Assembly (NCBI GenBank): GCA_028023455.1 | Contig: JAQFVV010000008.1 | Location: forward strand, 13,206,001-13,270,000 | Direction: 5' to 3' | Source of the DNA: Epiperipatus broadwayi | Lineage: Eukaryota; Animalia; Onychophora | Length of the DNA stretch: 64,000 nt | In this document: piece after piece, positions 50,213 to 62,550 of the stretch | How the letters are laid out: each line of letters starts with the position of its first letter | Numbering within the stretch: the stretch's first letter is position 1 | Translations under genes and position numbers: made by a program | Notes under the pieces: model-generated | The model's input: the letters and a program-made list of their open reading frames with translations, nothing else | What the model was told of the DNA's origin: nothing | Databases searched by the model: none

Positions 50213-51674
50213 TTGGGGATATTCTGCAAAGCTTGTTAAGAGCTTATTTGCGAGCTCTATATATAACATTTGTAATACAAGCTTATTAAATTACGTCATG
50301 TGTACATTCTGACTTGATTTTTTTGAAATTTTACATTTTGTTTAATATATTATTAACAGTAATATTCATTTTTACTATTATTATAAAGAAATTTCCAATT
50401 ACCCGGAAAAAGAAAAAATCATTACTTGAGGTCTTTAAACCAAAATTTTTGGATTATTAATTATATTTGACTAAATAGTTTTATCAAGAAAAAATATGGT
50501 AAATAAAACATCGAAATAAATATTTGTACTATTATGTTAACTACTTCTACTCTTGACTAGTATTAAAACATCTTTTTTAAAAGTAAAAAAAATCATATTT
50601 TATTTAAAATAGAAACTAATATATTAGAGAGTAGTAAATTAATTATTTTTTTAAAGCTATATGTACGTAAAAAGTCCAAAAAGTAAAATTGAAAAGCAAT
50701 TTATTTGCTTTTATTTTAAGACCGGCAATGTTTTTATTCATTTTTAATAAAGACTTATGAAAAAAAATAAATTAAATGTATTATTAAAACTTTAAAGATA
50801 AATAAATTCCTAATTAATAAAGATTTTACTTAAAATTAATCTAATATAATTCTTGAAATACTTTAAAGATTTGATTATTCATAATATGTTAATTAACAAC
50901 ATTAGTATTAAACTTTAAAATTGTGTTGGTTTAAATAGAAATGGGAAATATTTTTTACACATAGTTCAGAAAATAATAAAAAAAATATTGAAAGCTTTTT
51001 ATAAATCACTTCACGTGACAGTTGATGAATTTAATCAGTTTAAGACTCAAGTCATGATATCCAATGAGGCTTTTTTTTAATGTAATAAGTTATATACATT
51101 ATTAAAATCCCATTCTACCATATCTCTCCAAATATGTTGAATTTGATATTCTCATTGCCATCTTATTTGACATTTTTTCTTTTACTTTAAATAAAGTTTT
51201 TAAAGATCCTTTATTTTGTAATTTAGACAATTTATCTTGTCATTTCTTGCCCTCATAGTTAGGTTCTTGTAATGGCTGAATTAATAGAAAAAAAATTTTT
51301 TTAATCAGTAAATCTGTCATTAAAGTCACAGATAGGTATTTTCATATATTTCCCAATGTCATATGTAGTATAATAAAATACAATACAACCTGGTCTTGCA
51401 TAAATATTTTTGATATAATTTCAGAAATATAATGCCAAATTTCTTGTTCTTTAAATCAACAAAAGTCAGTTCTAACTTGAAGATTTTTAAAAAATATACA
51501 TGTAAAAAAAAAAGGTAAATAATTCATCAAGTTTTGCCATCAACTATTAACAAGAGTTTCATTTTTGGCTTCTTTTTAAACAAATCAAAAAGCTCCATGA
51601 ATCTTTTCATATAGTTGACTTTTGATAGCCATTTCAACTAGCATCAAAAAATAATGTTACATATTTTGTATGTT

Positions 51675-51769
51675 TTTTTTTCATATGTCAAATGCGTTGA
51701 CTAGGAATCGAACCCAGGCCAGCTGCTTGGAAGGCAGCTATGCTAACCACTAGCCCACCAACACTTGAC
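51675..51769 (-). mobile_element. tRNA-Gly-derived retroposon with 17-bp TSD and A tail
   Basis: TSD TACATATTTTGTATGTT at 51658-51674 and 51770-51786. Minus strand reads GTCAA + tRNA body + TTTGACATATG + oligo-A. Inserted in the hAT remnant. Confidence 0.9.
51693..51764 (-). tRNA. tRNA-Gly(TCC)-like sequence, probably a retropseudogene
   Basis: 72 nt: GTGTTGGTGGGCTAGTGGTTAGCATAGCTGCCTTCCAAGCAGCTGGCCTGGGTTCGATTCCTAGTCAACGCA. Anticodon stem GCTGC/GCAGC perfect, A and B boxes present, D stem poorly paired, several changes consistent with CpG decay. Confidence 0.8.
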
Positions 51770-52688
51770 TACATATTTTGTATGTTATCCTCATAAATAA
51801 CATTTTATTAATAAAATTATTATCTCAGATAAAATGAATCTTGGCATTTAAATTTATAGTAAACAACTAATATAATTGAATTATCATCATTCATTAATGT
51901 TAATTAATCATTTTCTTTTGCCAATTTGAGCATAAGATACAATGTTTCCATGAATATTTTATTTTTACCCAAATAGTTTAATGTAGATTTCAATGATTCT
52001 AATGATTTGCAAATCATTTCAGAAGATTAATTATCAACAATGTCACATATATTAACAATTGAGTCTTAATGTCTACTACAGAAAATTCATCTATTCATAT
52101 TGTGAGTGTCTTTGATTTTAGGTTTTGAAGAAACAATATTTCATTTTTTAATGACATATTTTTGACAACTTTGTTATTCTTATACAAAACTGTTAGTATT
52201 AAGGCTGATGTTGCTGATTAATTCAGTATGATTCATTCTTTTTTAATATATAATTAAAGTAATTTTGTAATTGGCTTCAAGATTATGGTTAATAAATGTA
52301 GTTCACACAAAACAATAAATTGACTGTTTTATTTTCAAGTTTTTCCTCTAGTGATTTAAAATATTTCAATGGTGAATTTATATAACTACTATATTTTGCC
52401 TCTAAATATATTTCAAAGCAGTTAACATAATAGATAAAAAGATATTGGTTCATTATCACAGTAGTTCTTTATCAATAGTTTGTTTTGCTTATTCCTGCAC
52501 AAGATAAATATCGGTGATAAAATAATACATATCTCTTAAACATATCATGGCATAATGACTTCTTTCTGAAATTTCCATGATATGTGTTTAAATCCTGGCT
52601 GGGTAAAAACTTGGAAATTTTTTTCCAAGTTCCAGTTAGACTTAGGACTTCTATTTAAAGCCAACTTATAGTCAATCTCTATTCAATA

Positions 52689-52893
52689 TTAACTTTATCT
52701 TTCTTATTACATTGCCAAATCCATATAATATTAATATTCTTTATTACTTTTTACAATGCTTTTTTACAACCCACTATTGATAGTTTTGATTGCCCCAGAA
52801 ATTTTCAGGACTGGGAAATTGAAACCTAAAAATAGTAGGTTGTAAAAAAGCATTGTAAAAAATAATAAGGAACATAGATGATATTAATATTGC
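52689..52893. repeat. Palindromic interspersed repeat, copy 2 (family of 9352-9495)
   Basis: Same left flank and arms TTTACAATGCTTTTT / AAAAAGCATTGTAAA; longer central spacer. Confidence 0.7.
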
Positions 52894-55646
52894 ATCCAAT
52901 ATTAATCTCTATTAGTTTTATAAAGTATGAAACAAGAATGGGGCATTCAATATTTATTTGTAAATGAATATCTATCTAATTTTAGATAGAAAATAAAAAA
53001 AAATGAAGAATGCTCAAACTCTAACAACATGGGTAAGCCTACCAATTTTTGCCTTTTCTTTCACTTTTTCTATAAGGAAGGGCTATTAAAGATCTGTTTT
53101 GCTTGGCAATAACCTAGTTAAATGCTGTTTTATTTTTATATATACAAAGTTGCTATTTTCAAATGATTCAATTGGTGAAACTGAAATGAAAATATGTGTT
53201 TTTATATTATATATTATTTTTTATGCACCCATTTAAAAAGGGCTGGAAATCTTCTTTCTGCTAAGGGACATTTGGATATCATTCATTCATTAGCCTACTA
53301 TATTTAATCAAAAATTTAATAACCCCTGATCATTAGGGATAAGCAATCTTTTCAACTGGAAAACTAATTTCAACTTTTTCTTTTTAAATGAGGGCTACAA
53401 TTTTTTTGTATGTGTGTGAATTAAAAATAAAGTAACATATTTATTAATGACTATAGTTAATGATAATTTTTAATTTCATCTTGTAACTATTTTTCAACAT
53501 ATTTACATTGATTTTTATTTATTTCTCTCTTCTGGATACTCATATAAAGTCCCCTTCAGAAAATGGCTTTGAATTTACTAATTTTTTTCTTTTTTTATAA
53601 AAAAGGTAAATTCTTTTCATAGAATTTTCTGACTTGTTTGTACTTTTTATAAAACATGTAGCCACATGATGAAGTAAGTTCTTTTCAGTTTTCTATTTTA
53701 ATATTTCTTTCCCAACATTCTTGTTGTGATCAGAATGTTTTAATAAATAATGCTTCTTAATATTGTATTATTTATTAATTGAAATACGTTCCATACATAT
53801 CAGGCACATTAATTTGTTACTTTTTTCCATTTTAAAAAAATGTGTTGGTCCATTTCTTTTTTGAAATGCACACTTTTCTGTATCAATTTAAGTTTTATTT
53901 TTGCTAGTATATGTTTGTCTGCCTGCAAAAATTATTATAAAAAGAAAATATCCTCAACTTCATAGATTAATGCAAAAATTACTGGGAAAGCACAAATACC
54001 TTCTTAAATCCATAGTCAGATAGACCACAGAATGTAGATAATTTTTTGTAATACTGCACTTGAAGTAGAACTACAATAAAGGTTGGAAAGAGAAAATAAA
54101 TATTTTATTTTACTTAACTCTTCTTAATTCAATATTTACTTTACACTGTTTAAATAATCGTTTTATCCAGGGCCATTTTATATTCATTTTTTAAAATATC
54201 CAAGAACCATATTGAGAGCTTTTAAGGGTCAGATTTGGCCCCTGTGCCTAAAAGCTCCACACCTGTATTAAAGAGTTAGAATTTTTATTTTCATTTCATT
54301 TTTGTTACTTCAAATTATTTGAAAAAAGTGACAGCTCTCATTTTCACCATTATAAATAAAGCAACTACTTCATCTAAAATTTTATTGAAACATTCATTTC
54401 TGGCTATTTTTTGAAGTTATTATGGTGATGGGGGAGGGGATATTCCATTCCATAAGATTAACCCAAAAAAGTCACCAATTAATAGTTTAACTTCAGTTTG
54501 GAACTATGTAAAATATAATTATTTCAAGTTTATAATATAAAATGTAATTATATGTTGCTGACATCTTAAAATTATATTTGCTTTTAAAAAATATGATATA
54601 TGAACAGTATTTTTTTTTAGCAGTTTCAAATTGCCTTCCCCCTAAAACATTCTCTGCTTTTTTGTAGAAGTATTAATACTATGCTAATCATTATTGATAT
54701 ATGACTTCAAAGAGCTCATTAAAAAATAAGATTGTTCTGCAGTGCTATTTCTCAGAAATTTTTTAAAATTATCTTATCTAGGCCTTCTATTTTTAATATA
54801 TTATATAAACATCTGAGATAAAATAAAATCCAACATTGTATAATTTGGGTTTAATAATTAATTTGTTTTTTATATCATTATCAAACTTCTTGTAATTGAG
54901 TTCATAGTTAGAAATGGAAGATTGCCGATTATTTGTTAGCTAGTAATTAAAATTTCATTATGGAAAAAGTGATTAGCATATATTGAATAGGAAACTATGC
55001 ATGAAATATTGTAATATTTTATTAACCATATTTTTTTAAAAAAGCAATGCAGTTAAATCATTTAAAGTTGATGATATACATGTTTATAATTTCCAGTCTT
55101 GCTATATCTTGATTACGGATGTAAAGTGCTCCAATATTAAAAGTTTTTGAGTGAAAGAATTCCTAATTAATGACATTATAACAGTCCAAATGGGTATTTA
55201 AATATATGTCTATATATCAGTAATGATTGGTCCCTAAGCACTGTGATGCTGCAACACCCCGAGAAAAAAATACATAAACTGTGCTTGAAAATGTCAATAA
55301 TATAACTATCATTCAATATTTTACATAATTATGAGAATACAACTAATTAAACAATTTTTTAAAAAGAATTATTTTAAACAATGCTTGAGATTCTATTCAA
55401 TTCAAAGATGTGGCTAGTTATAGCAATAACAGAAGCTTCATATTTGGTAAACTTCATTGTTCCACAGAAATTCATTTGTTCTTATCAATCCCCAAAACTA
55501 GTGCTACTGTAGATGCTTGCTGTGGCAGCACCAATAGTTATCCAAGAGTAGGTTGCTTATTTATTCTGGTTTCTTTTCAGAGTGAATACAATTTTATTGG
55601 GTACTTGAGTATTATTTCTGCAACCAAGGAGGATGAGCAATAATAT

Positions 55647-57344
55647 TGCAACAGGGCAGGTATAATCAAACCCTGTTGCGATAATTAGACAAATACGTAT
55701 TCGTATATTTAATGCATTATTAAAAAAATATATATCTTATTACTAACATATTATTAAAAATATATATTACTTTACCAACAAAATTAATATGTACAGTTTG
55801 ATGTACAATCAACGGTCATTTGCGTGGTCGTACAGAATTGATTTAGTTATTTTAATTAAAAAAGAACTCATAGATGAGGTATGGGGGTTATACACTTGCT
55901 CGGATTTTTTTTCTTCTTTTGCCAAACCCAGCTGTACACATTGCTATGTATATGTGTGAGTGCATTTTTGAACCATTAAAAATGAAAATTCACAAAATAA
56001 TAAATATTTTGTTTGATAAACTTTTTAAATATATACATATTAAGTCAAAAGAACTATAGATTTCAAGATGGAAGATAGTGATTTTGCAGAACAATGGAAG
56101 TAATTATTGTAAAAATCTTGGAATGTCTAATTTTAATTAAAGATTAATTGAAAAGAATATAGGTGTAAAAAGCTTTTGTGCTACATTCCAACAAAGGCAT
56201 ATGGAATGTGAATGGAAATATAATTAAAAAAGAGTGAAAAGAAAGATAAGTTTGATAATTAAAGAAAAATTAAATTAATTATTTAGTATAAGTTTGGAGA
56301 TAGAAGAAAGCGGACGGTTAACATGATTTACATTTTGATAAAATATGGTCAGGCTGGGGCAGAGGCTTCAATGTTCGGAGGGTCCAAATCCTTTGCCCCC
56401 GAATGTATAGCAGCTGCCGATAGTGGAGAAACGACGTCAAGCCCGGAGAATTCACCTCAATAAGCAACAATATTGAATCACCAGAAGAGAAAGAAAATAA
56501 ATAAATAAACAGACTTTAGCCATGGAACCCGAACTTCAAAGAAAAAAAAAAACAAAGTTCGTTCACCAACAAAGGACAAGAGATTCCATTTTCACCAAAA
56601 GGATTCGATCAATTCCCCCGGGAAACCAGGTATTTTCTTTCTAATTACATCTATATATGTCACTTTTAGTAAGCTTACTCCACGAATTTGAGAAAAGTGT
56701 TTATTTGACACAATTGTGAACTTAAAATTCATTTTCTTTGCCCGGAGAGGTCAAACTATTTACTACGGAATTCATTAGTGTATAAATTAGTCCAATTAAA
56801 TCTTCAGTGCAAAATACATATAATAGCATATTTATGTGTGTGGGAGTTTTGGCAAAAAGAGAAAAGAGCAAATAAAAAAAACTGATATGAATCTTTGATT
56901 TAAAAGAGAAAAGAGACACTAATTTAACTTATATAAATAATGTATATTTATTTATAGATACGTAAATATCATTGCTAATAAATGTATATAATATGAATGA
57001 TTTTTTTTTGGTTTTGTGTTATGAGTTTTTTTTTTGTTAATAAAGAAAAAGAAGAGGGTTAGATCTACTGCTGGTAAATTTTACCAGCAGAGCTAGTCCA
57101 GGGGCATTTCCATATTGGTATTCCAGTTCTCCCATCATAATTCTTATAGAAATATAGGATTGGCACTTGAGGTCATAAATTGATGCTCATAAATATGCTG
57201 GGGCGATAAAATAGAATAATTTAAGAATAAATATTCTTTTAAACCATTACGCATATACGTGCATCATTATATATACATACACGCAATAGTACAAGACTAC
57301 ATATATGCGTAATATATATATGGAAAACGGCAAATCCCGTTATA
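55647..57344 (+). repeat. 5' LTR (1698 bp)
   Basis: TGCAACAGGG...CCCGTTATA. Roughly 95% identical to the 3' LTR by eye over the first 300 bp. Confidence 0.95.
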
Positions 57345-57345
57345 A

Positions 57346-57660
57346 TGGCACCGTCAAGTAACCACATTCAGGACATTAGAAGCGTATAATTTGTCAGAGA
57401 AACAGATTGTGAAGATGGTCTGCCGAAACCTACCAATAAGAATAAGATTGATACTAGAGCAAGATGGAGACAACCCATCTAAAAAAATAGGTAATATATT
57501 GAATCAAATGGAAATAAGTGCAAAATGAGACGGATTCGAGAAAAAAGGGAAGTAGACCAAGGAAGAGACGTAATATTCAGACAGCAACCGAATTCAAAAT
57601 ACATGGGGAACCTAATTTGTTCGTGGGAGGACTGCTTACCAAGTTATGCATGCCAAACAT
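57346..57660 (+). pseudogene. C-terminal gag remnant abutting the 5' LTR
   Basis: The frame starting at the TGG reads WHRQVTTFRTLEAYNLSEKQIVKMVCRNLPIRIRLIL..., then several premature stops. Confidence 0.55.
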
Positions 57661-60600
57661 GTCCGAAAATATGGATAGCAGCAGGACAGACAAAAGTAGA
57701 AGTGCTTATTGATTCAGGGAGTCAGGTCTCTGTAATAACAGAAAGATTGTATTATAAACTCACCAGAGAACAACCAAATATACCTGTTCTACCATTAAAA
57801 GCTGTACAAGTGGCAATGGCCAACAACAGAAAGGCCAAGGTTGAATCCAAACAAATATGGCTGGATGTCAAAATCCAGGGAGTAAGTTGCCCCCATGTAT
57901 TCCTAATCGTGAAAAATTTGATTTGTGGTGTCTTATTGGGAACTGACTTTTTATACAAATATAAATGCAAGTTGAACTATGAAAGTAGACAAGCCATGTG
58001 TAATGGAGAGGTGGTTAGATTTATAATGGATAGCACAGATAGTTCAATAAGGGCTGTGCAAGTTGCTGATAAACACAATGATGACTTGATAACAGAAAAA
58101 ATAGACCAGGCAAAGATTGCTTGGGGAGAAGGGAAGGAAATACTAAGAAAGACACTGAAGGAATACAATCAAGTATTTTCAGACAGGCCAGGTGTGATCC
58201 CAGGGTTTGAACAAAGGATTCAGGTAAATGAAACACAGCCATTTAAAGCAAAATCATACCCAATTCCTCATCAATGTAGGGAGCAGGTGAAGGAGCAGAT
58301 AGATCAAATGTTGGAATGGGGTATTATATCAAAAAGCTCCTCGGCTAATTGTAACCCGATAGTCATCGTCAAGAAAAAGGATAATTCCATACGGTTATGT
58401 CTCGATGCGAGACAATTGAATAAAGTCACGGTCCCAGATTGTAACATACCACCACCCATGTAAGAATTGTTTGGGAGATTTAAAGGGAAAAATTTTTTTT
58501 CAACATTTGATCTGACAGCAAGCTATTTGCAGATAAGGCTGCACCCAGAAGATCGTAAGTATACTGCCTTTAGGTATGATGGCTGCTCATATCAGTTTAA
58601 CCGTATGCCATTCAGCCTGATTAGCAATGGGGCCGGTTTACTGCGATGTTTAGACCAGGTATTATCTGATGAGGTCAAGAAAATATTTACAATGTATGTG
58701 GATGATGTATTGGTGGCATTGGATACTGTGGAAGAACATACCAAAGATGTGGAAATGTTATTAAGGGAATGCTGGAATAAAGGGATCAAGGTAAACCTGA
58801 AGAAAAGTGTGCTCTTTCAAGAGGAAGTTACATTCTTGGGCTACCTTATAGGATCACAGGGTGTCCGGCCACACACATAAAATCTCAGTCATTGAAGGTT
58901 TCCCAATACCTAGGTCCAAAAAGCAGATACGATCCTTTTTGGGTTTGTGTAACTTCTACAGCTGTTTTCAGGAGCAGTTTGCTCAACATATGGAATCACT
59001 AATTAGATTACTGAGAAAAGATGTAGTGTGGGAGTGGGATGAAAAGCAAAGCCAGGCATTTGAGAGGGTGAAGCAAGGGTTCATGAAACATGTAATGCTG
59101 GCTTTTCCTGATTTTGAGAAACCCTTTGTAGTGCAGACTGACAGCAGCGGGTATGGGCTGGGAACAACAGTATCACAGGTTCAAGAGGATGGTCAGGTAA
59201 AAGTGCTGTATTTCTTAAGTAGGTTGCTCAAGGGTCCAGAGCAGCATTACACTGCCACAGAAAAGGAAGCTTTAGCCATTGTTTGGTCATTCCAAAAACT
59301 CTGCACATTGTTGTTGGGATCAAAAATAATTGTGGTTACAGATCATAAGAGTTTAGAATTTATTAACCATAGTTATCTGACAAATAGTCGGTTGGTATGG
59401 TGGAGCCTATACCTCCAAGAGTATAATTATGTGGTAAAGCATTGTAAGGGGTCAGATAACATTGTAGCTGATGCTCTTAGCTGTAACCCAGTGAGTTTGC
59501 CATCATGTCATCTTAAAGCTGAAAATTTATATGTGGCAGGAATAAACTTAAGAATTAATGAGGAGGTAGAGAATGACCTTAAGAGATTAGCCCAGTGTCA
59601 GGGGAAGGATACCCAGTTAAGTCAAATAATTGCACAACTGAAAGGTTATAAAAAACAAAACAATGATGAATCCAGAAGTTGGATCAAACGATACAAACTT
59701 GACCAAGCTGTTCTCCAATACAGAACGAAAAGGGAACCAGATAGTTGGAGACCTGTAAAACCCCAGAAAATGCAGAATGCAGTGGTGACTTATGTCCACC
59801 AAATATATGGACACTATGGGGTATGGAAAACCGAAAAGTGGCTCAGACAGTGGTTTTATTGGCCAGGCATGCATTGGACTGTTGTGAGAATGATCAGGCA
59901 ATGTGAACTTTGCCAGAAAACTAAACCTGCTAATAGGAATTATGCAGGCCCAATGACCTCCATAATTCCAAAGAAGCCACGTGAGATAATTGCGATAGAT
60001 TATTATGGACCATTGCCTGCCTTTAATAAAAATAAATACTTGGTGGTGGTGTATAATCTATTCAGTAAATTTGTGGCTGCATATCCCATGACTCAAGCAA
60101 ATACCCGAAACACCATACGTCTCCTTGAAAAGGAATATTTTACAGTGATAGGAAAACCTCAAAGCATCCTATCAGATCATGGCACACCATTTATCTCTGG
60201 AGAATGGAAAGCATGGGTTGAGAAGTCAGGGATCCAACACATACATCAATTAGGAATCCACAATCGAACCCATGTGAGCGGGTGATGCGTGAGTTGGGTA
60301 GATTGTTTAGGACATACATCCCAACTAATCACCAAGGATAGGTTAAAAAGATTCCAGAAATACTGAACTACATAAATTGGGCAGTTAATGAATCCACAGG
60401 GTTCTCTCCTGTGCGGCTCCAATTTGGAAAACATGCCAATAAATTAATCAAGGCCAAAATATCAGGACCAAAGGAAAAGCCAATAAAAGTGGAGGAGGAC
60501 CAAAAGCAGGCATATCATACACTTTTGAAAAGGAGTCAGGAAAGAAACAAACATACACTGGAGAGGCCTCATCAGTTTAAAGATGGTGACCTAGTCATGG

Positions 60601-60788
60601 TGAAAAGCCCATATGTGAGTGAACCGGGGAAATTTATCTATAAGAAGTTTTGCAGTTTGTATGAGGGACCTTTCCCTTTTGTTAAGTATCAGGGGGATAA
60701 TGCATTCTGGGTGAATACTGGGCAGGAGGTAAGGGGATCATACAATGCTCATTCCCTCAAGCCCTATGCCGGTATGAACGGTTCATGA
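57660..60788 (+). pseudogene. pol: protease, RT, RNase H, integrase (stops and frameshifts)
   Basis: VLIDSGSQVS; LCLDARQLN, YVDDVLV, FLGYLI; VQTDSS, EKEALAIVW, TDHKSL; H..YGH...C..C, IDYYGPLP, SDHGTPF, PCERVMRE; GPF. In-frame TAA at 58461-58463; frameshifts near 58870 and 60250. Confidence 0.95.
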
Positions 60789-60832
60789 TATTTAGGAGCC
60801 ATTCAAATACATCGACCGTATTTGAAGCTTCT

Positions 60833-60842
60833 GGGAGGGGGG
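60833..60842 (+). promoter_or_regulatory. Polypurine tract
   Basis: GGGAGGGGGG, 3 nt upstream of the 3' LTR. Confidence 0.9.
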
Positions 60843-60845
60843 TAT

Positions 60846-62550
60846 TGCAACAGGGCAGGTATAATCAAACCCTGTTGCAATAATTAGACAAATATGTATT
60901 CGTATATTTAATGCATTATTAAAAAATATATATATCTTATTACTAACGTATTATTAAAAATATATATTACTTTACTAACAAAATTAATATTTACAGTTTG
61001 ATGTACAATCAATGGTCATTTGCGTGGTTGTACAGAATTGATTTAGTTATTTTAATTAAAAAAGAACTCATAGAAGAGGTATGGGGGGTTATACACTTGC
61101 TCGGATTTTTTTTCTCTCTTTTGCTAAATCCAGCTATACACATCGCTATGTATATGTATGAGTGCATTTTTGAACCATTAAAAATGAAAATTCACAAAAT
61201 AAAAAATATTTTGTTTGATAATCTTTTTAAATATATACATATTAAGTCAAAAGAACTATAGATTTCAAGATGGAAGACTGATTTTGCAGAACAATGGAAG
61301 TAATTATTGTAAAAATCTTGGAATGTCTAATTTTAATTAAAGATTAATTGGAAAGAATATAGGTGTAAAAAGATTTTGTGGTACATTCCAACAAAGGCAT
61401 ATGGAATGTGAATGGAAATATAATTAAAAAAGAGTGAAAAGAAAGATAAGTTTGATAATTAAAGAAAAATTAAATTAATTATTTAGTATAAGTTTGGAGG
61501 TAGAAGAAAGCGGACGGTCAACGTGATATACATTTTGATAAAATATGGTCAGGCTGGGGTAGAGGCTTCAACGTTCGGAGGGTCCGAATCCTTTGCCCCC
61601 GAAAGTATAGCAGCTGCCAATAGTGGAGAAGGGATGTCAAGCCCAGAGAATTCACCTCAATAAGCAACAATATTGAATCGACAGAAGTGAAAGAAAATAA
61701 ATAAACAGACTTTAGCCATGGAATCCAAACTTCAAAGAAAAAAAAAACAAAGTTCGTTCACCGACAAAGGACTGGAGATTCCATTTTCACCAAAAGGATT
61801 TGATCAATTCCCCAGGAAAACCAGGTATTTTCTTTCTAATTACATCTATACATGTCACTTTTAGTAAGCTTACTCCACGAATTTGAGAAAACTGTTTATT
61901 TGACACAATTGTGAATTTAAAATTCATTTTCTTTGCCCAGAGAGATCAAACTATTTACTACAGAATTCATTAGTGTATAAATTAGTCCAATTAAATCTTC
62001 AGTGCAAAATACATATAATAGCATATTTGTGTGTGGGGGAGTTTTGGCAAAAAGAGAAAAGAGCAAACAAAAAAAAACTGATATGAATCTTTGATTTAAA
62101 AGAGAAAAGAGACACTAATTTAACTTTCGTAAATAATGTATATTTTTTTTTATAGATACATAAATATCATTGCTAATAAATGTATATAAAATGAATGATT
62201 TTTTTTTGGTTTTGTGTTATGAGTTTTTTTTTTTTTGTTAATAAAGAAAAAGGAGAGGGTTAGATCTACTGCCGGTAAATTTTACCACCAGCCTGAGCAG
62301 AGCTAGTCCAGGGGCATTTCCATATTGGTATTCCAGTTCTCCCAGCATAATTCTTATAGAAATATAGGATTGGCACTTGAGGTCATAAATTGATGCTCAT
62401 AAATATGCCGGGGCGATAAAATGGAATAATTTAAGAATATTCTTTTAAACCATTACGCATATATGTGCATCGTTATATATACATACACGCAATCATACAA
62501 GACTACATATATGCATAATATATATATGGAAAATGGCAAATCCCATTATA
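60846..62550 (+). repeat. 3' LTR (1705 bp)
   Basis: TGCAACAGGG...CCCATTATA followed by TSD ATAT and an (AT)n run. Confidence 0.95.

Larger units (their letters stand above)
49876..50266. mobile_element. 390-bp foldback made of two head-to-head PLE pseudo-LTR fragments
   Basis: ~160-bp inverted arms (49876-50037 and 50103-50266), each carrying a hammerhead motif pointing outward. Confidence 0.8.
50990..52560 (-). pseudogene. Decayed hAT (Buster/ZBED8-SCAND3-like) transposase
   Basis: IDEFSVVDIKTQLLIYV (DEST region), KWLSKVNYMKRFMELFDL..KPKMKLLLIVDGK (RW motif), DFNDRFTDLKKI, QDKLSKLQNKGSLKTLF. A possible hAT terminus ends near 54263. Confidence 0.7.
55647..62550 (+). mobile_element. Ty3/gypsy LTR retrotransposon, two LTRs, internally deleted and decayed
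   Basis: ~1.7-kb direct repeats; 4-bp TSD ATAT (55643-55646, 62551-62554); PPT before the 3' LTR; domain order PR-RT-RH-IN. Confidence 0.97.

Noticed and set aside
55874-56059. ORFs at 55874 and 60998 encoding near-identical peptides
   Set aside because: They are the two LTR copies and differ in start and frame, so this is not a gene duplication.
31277-60434. Antisense ORFs over L1 and gypsy coding regions (31277, 33437, 33570, 35116, 57752-58789, 59617, 60246)
   Set aside because: Shadow ORFs of the sense coding frames.
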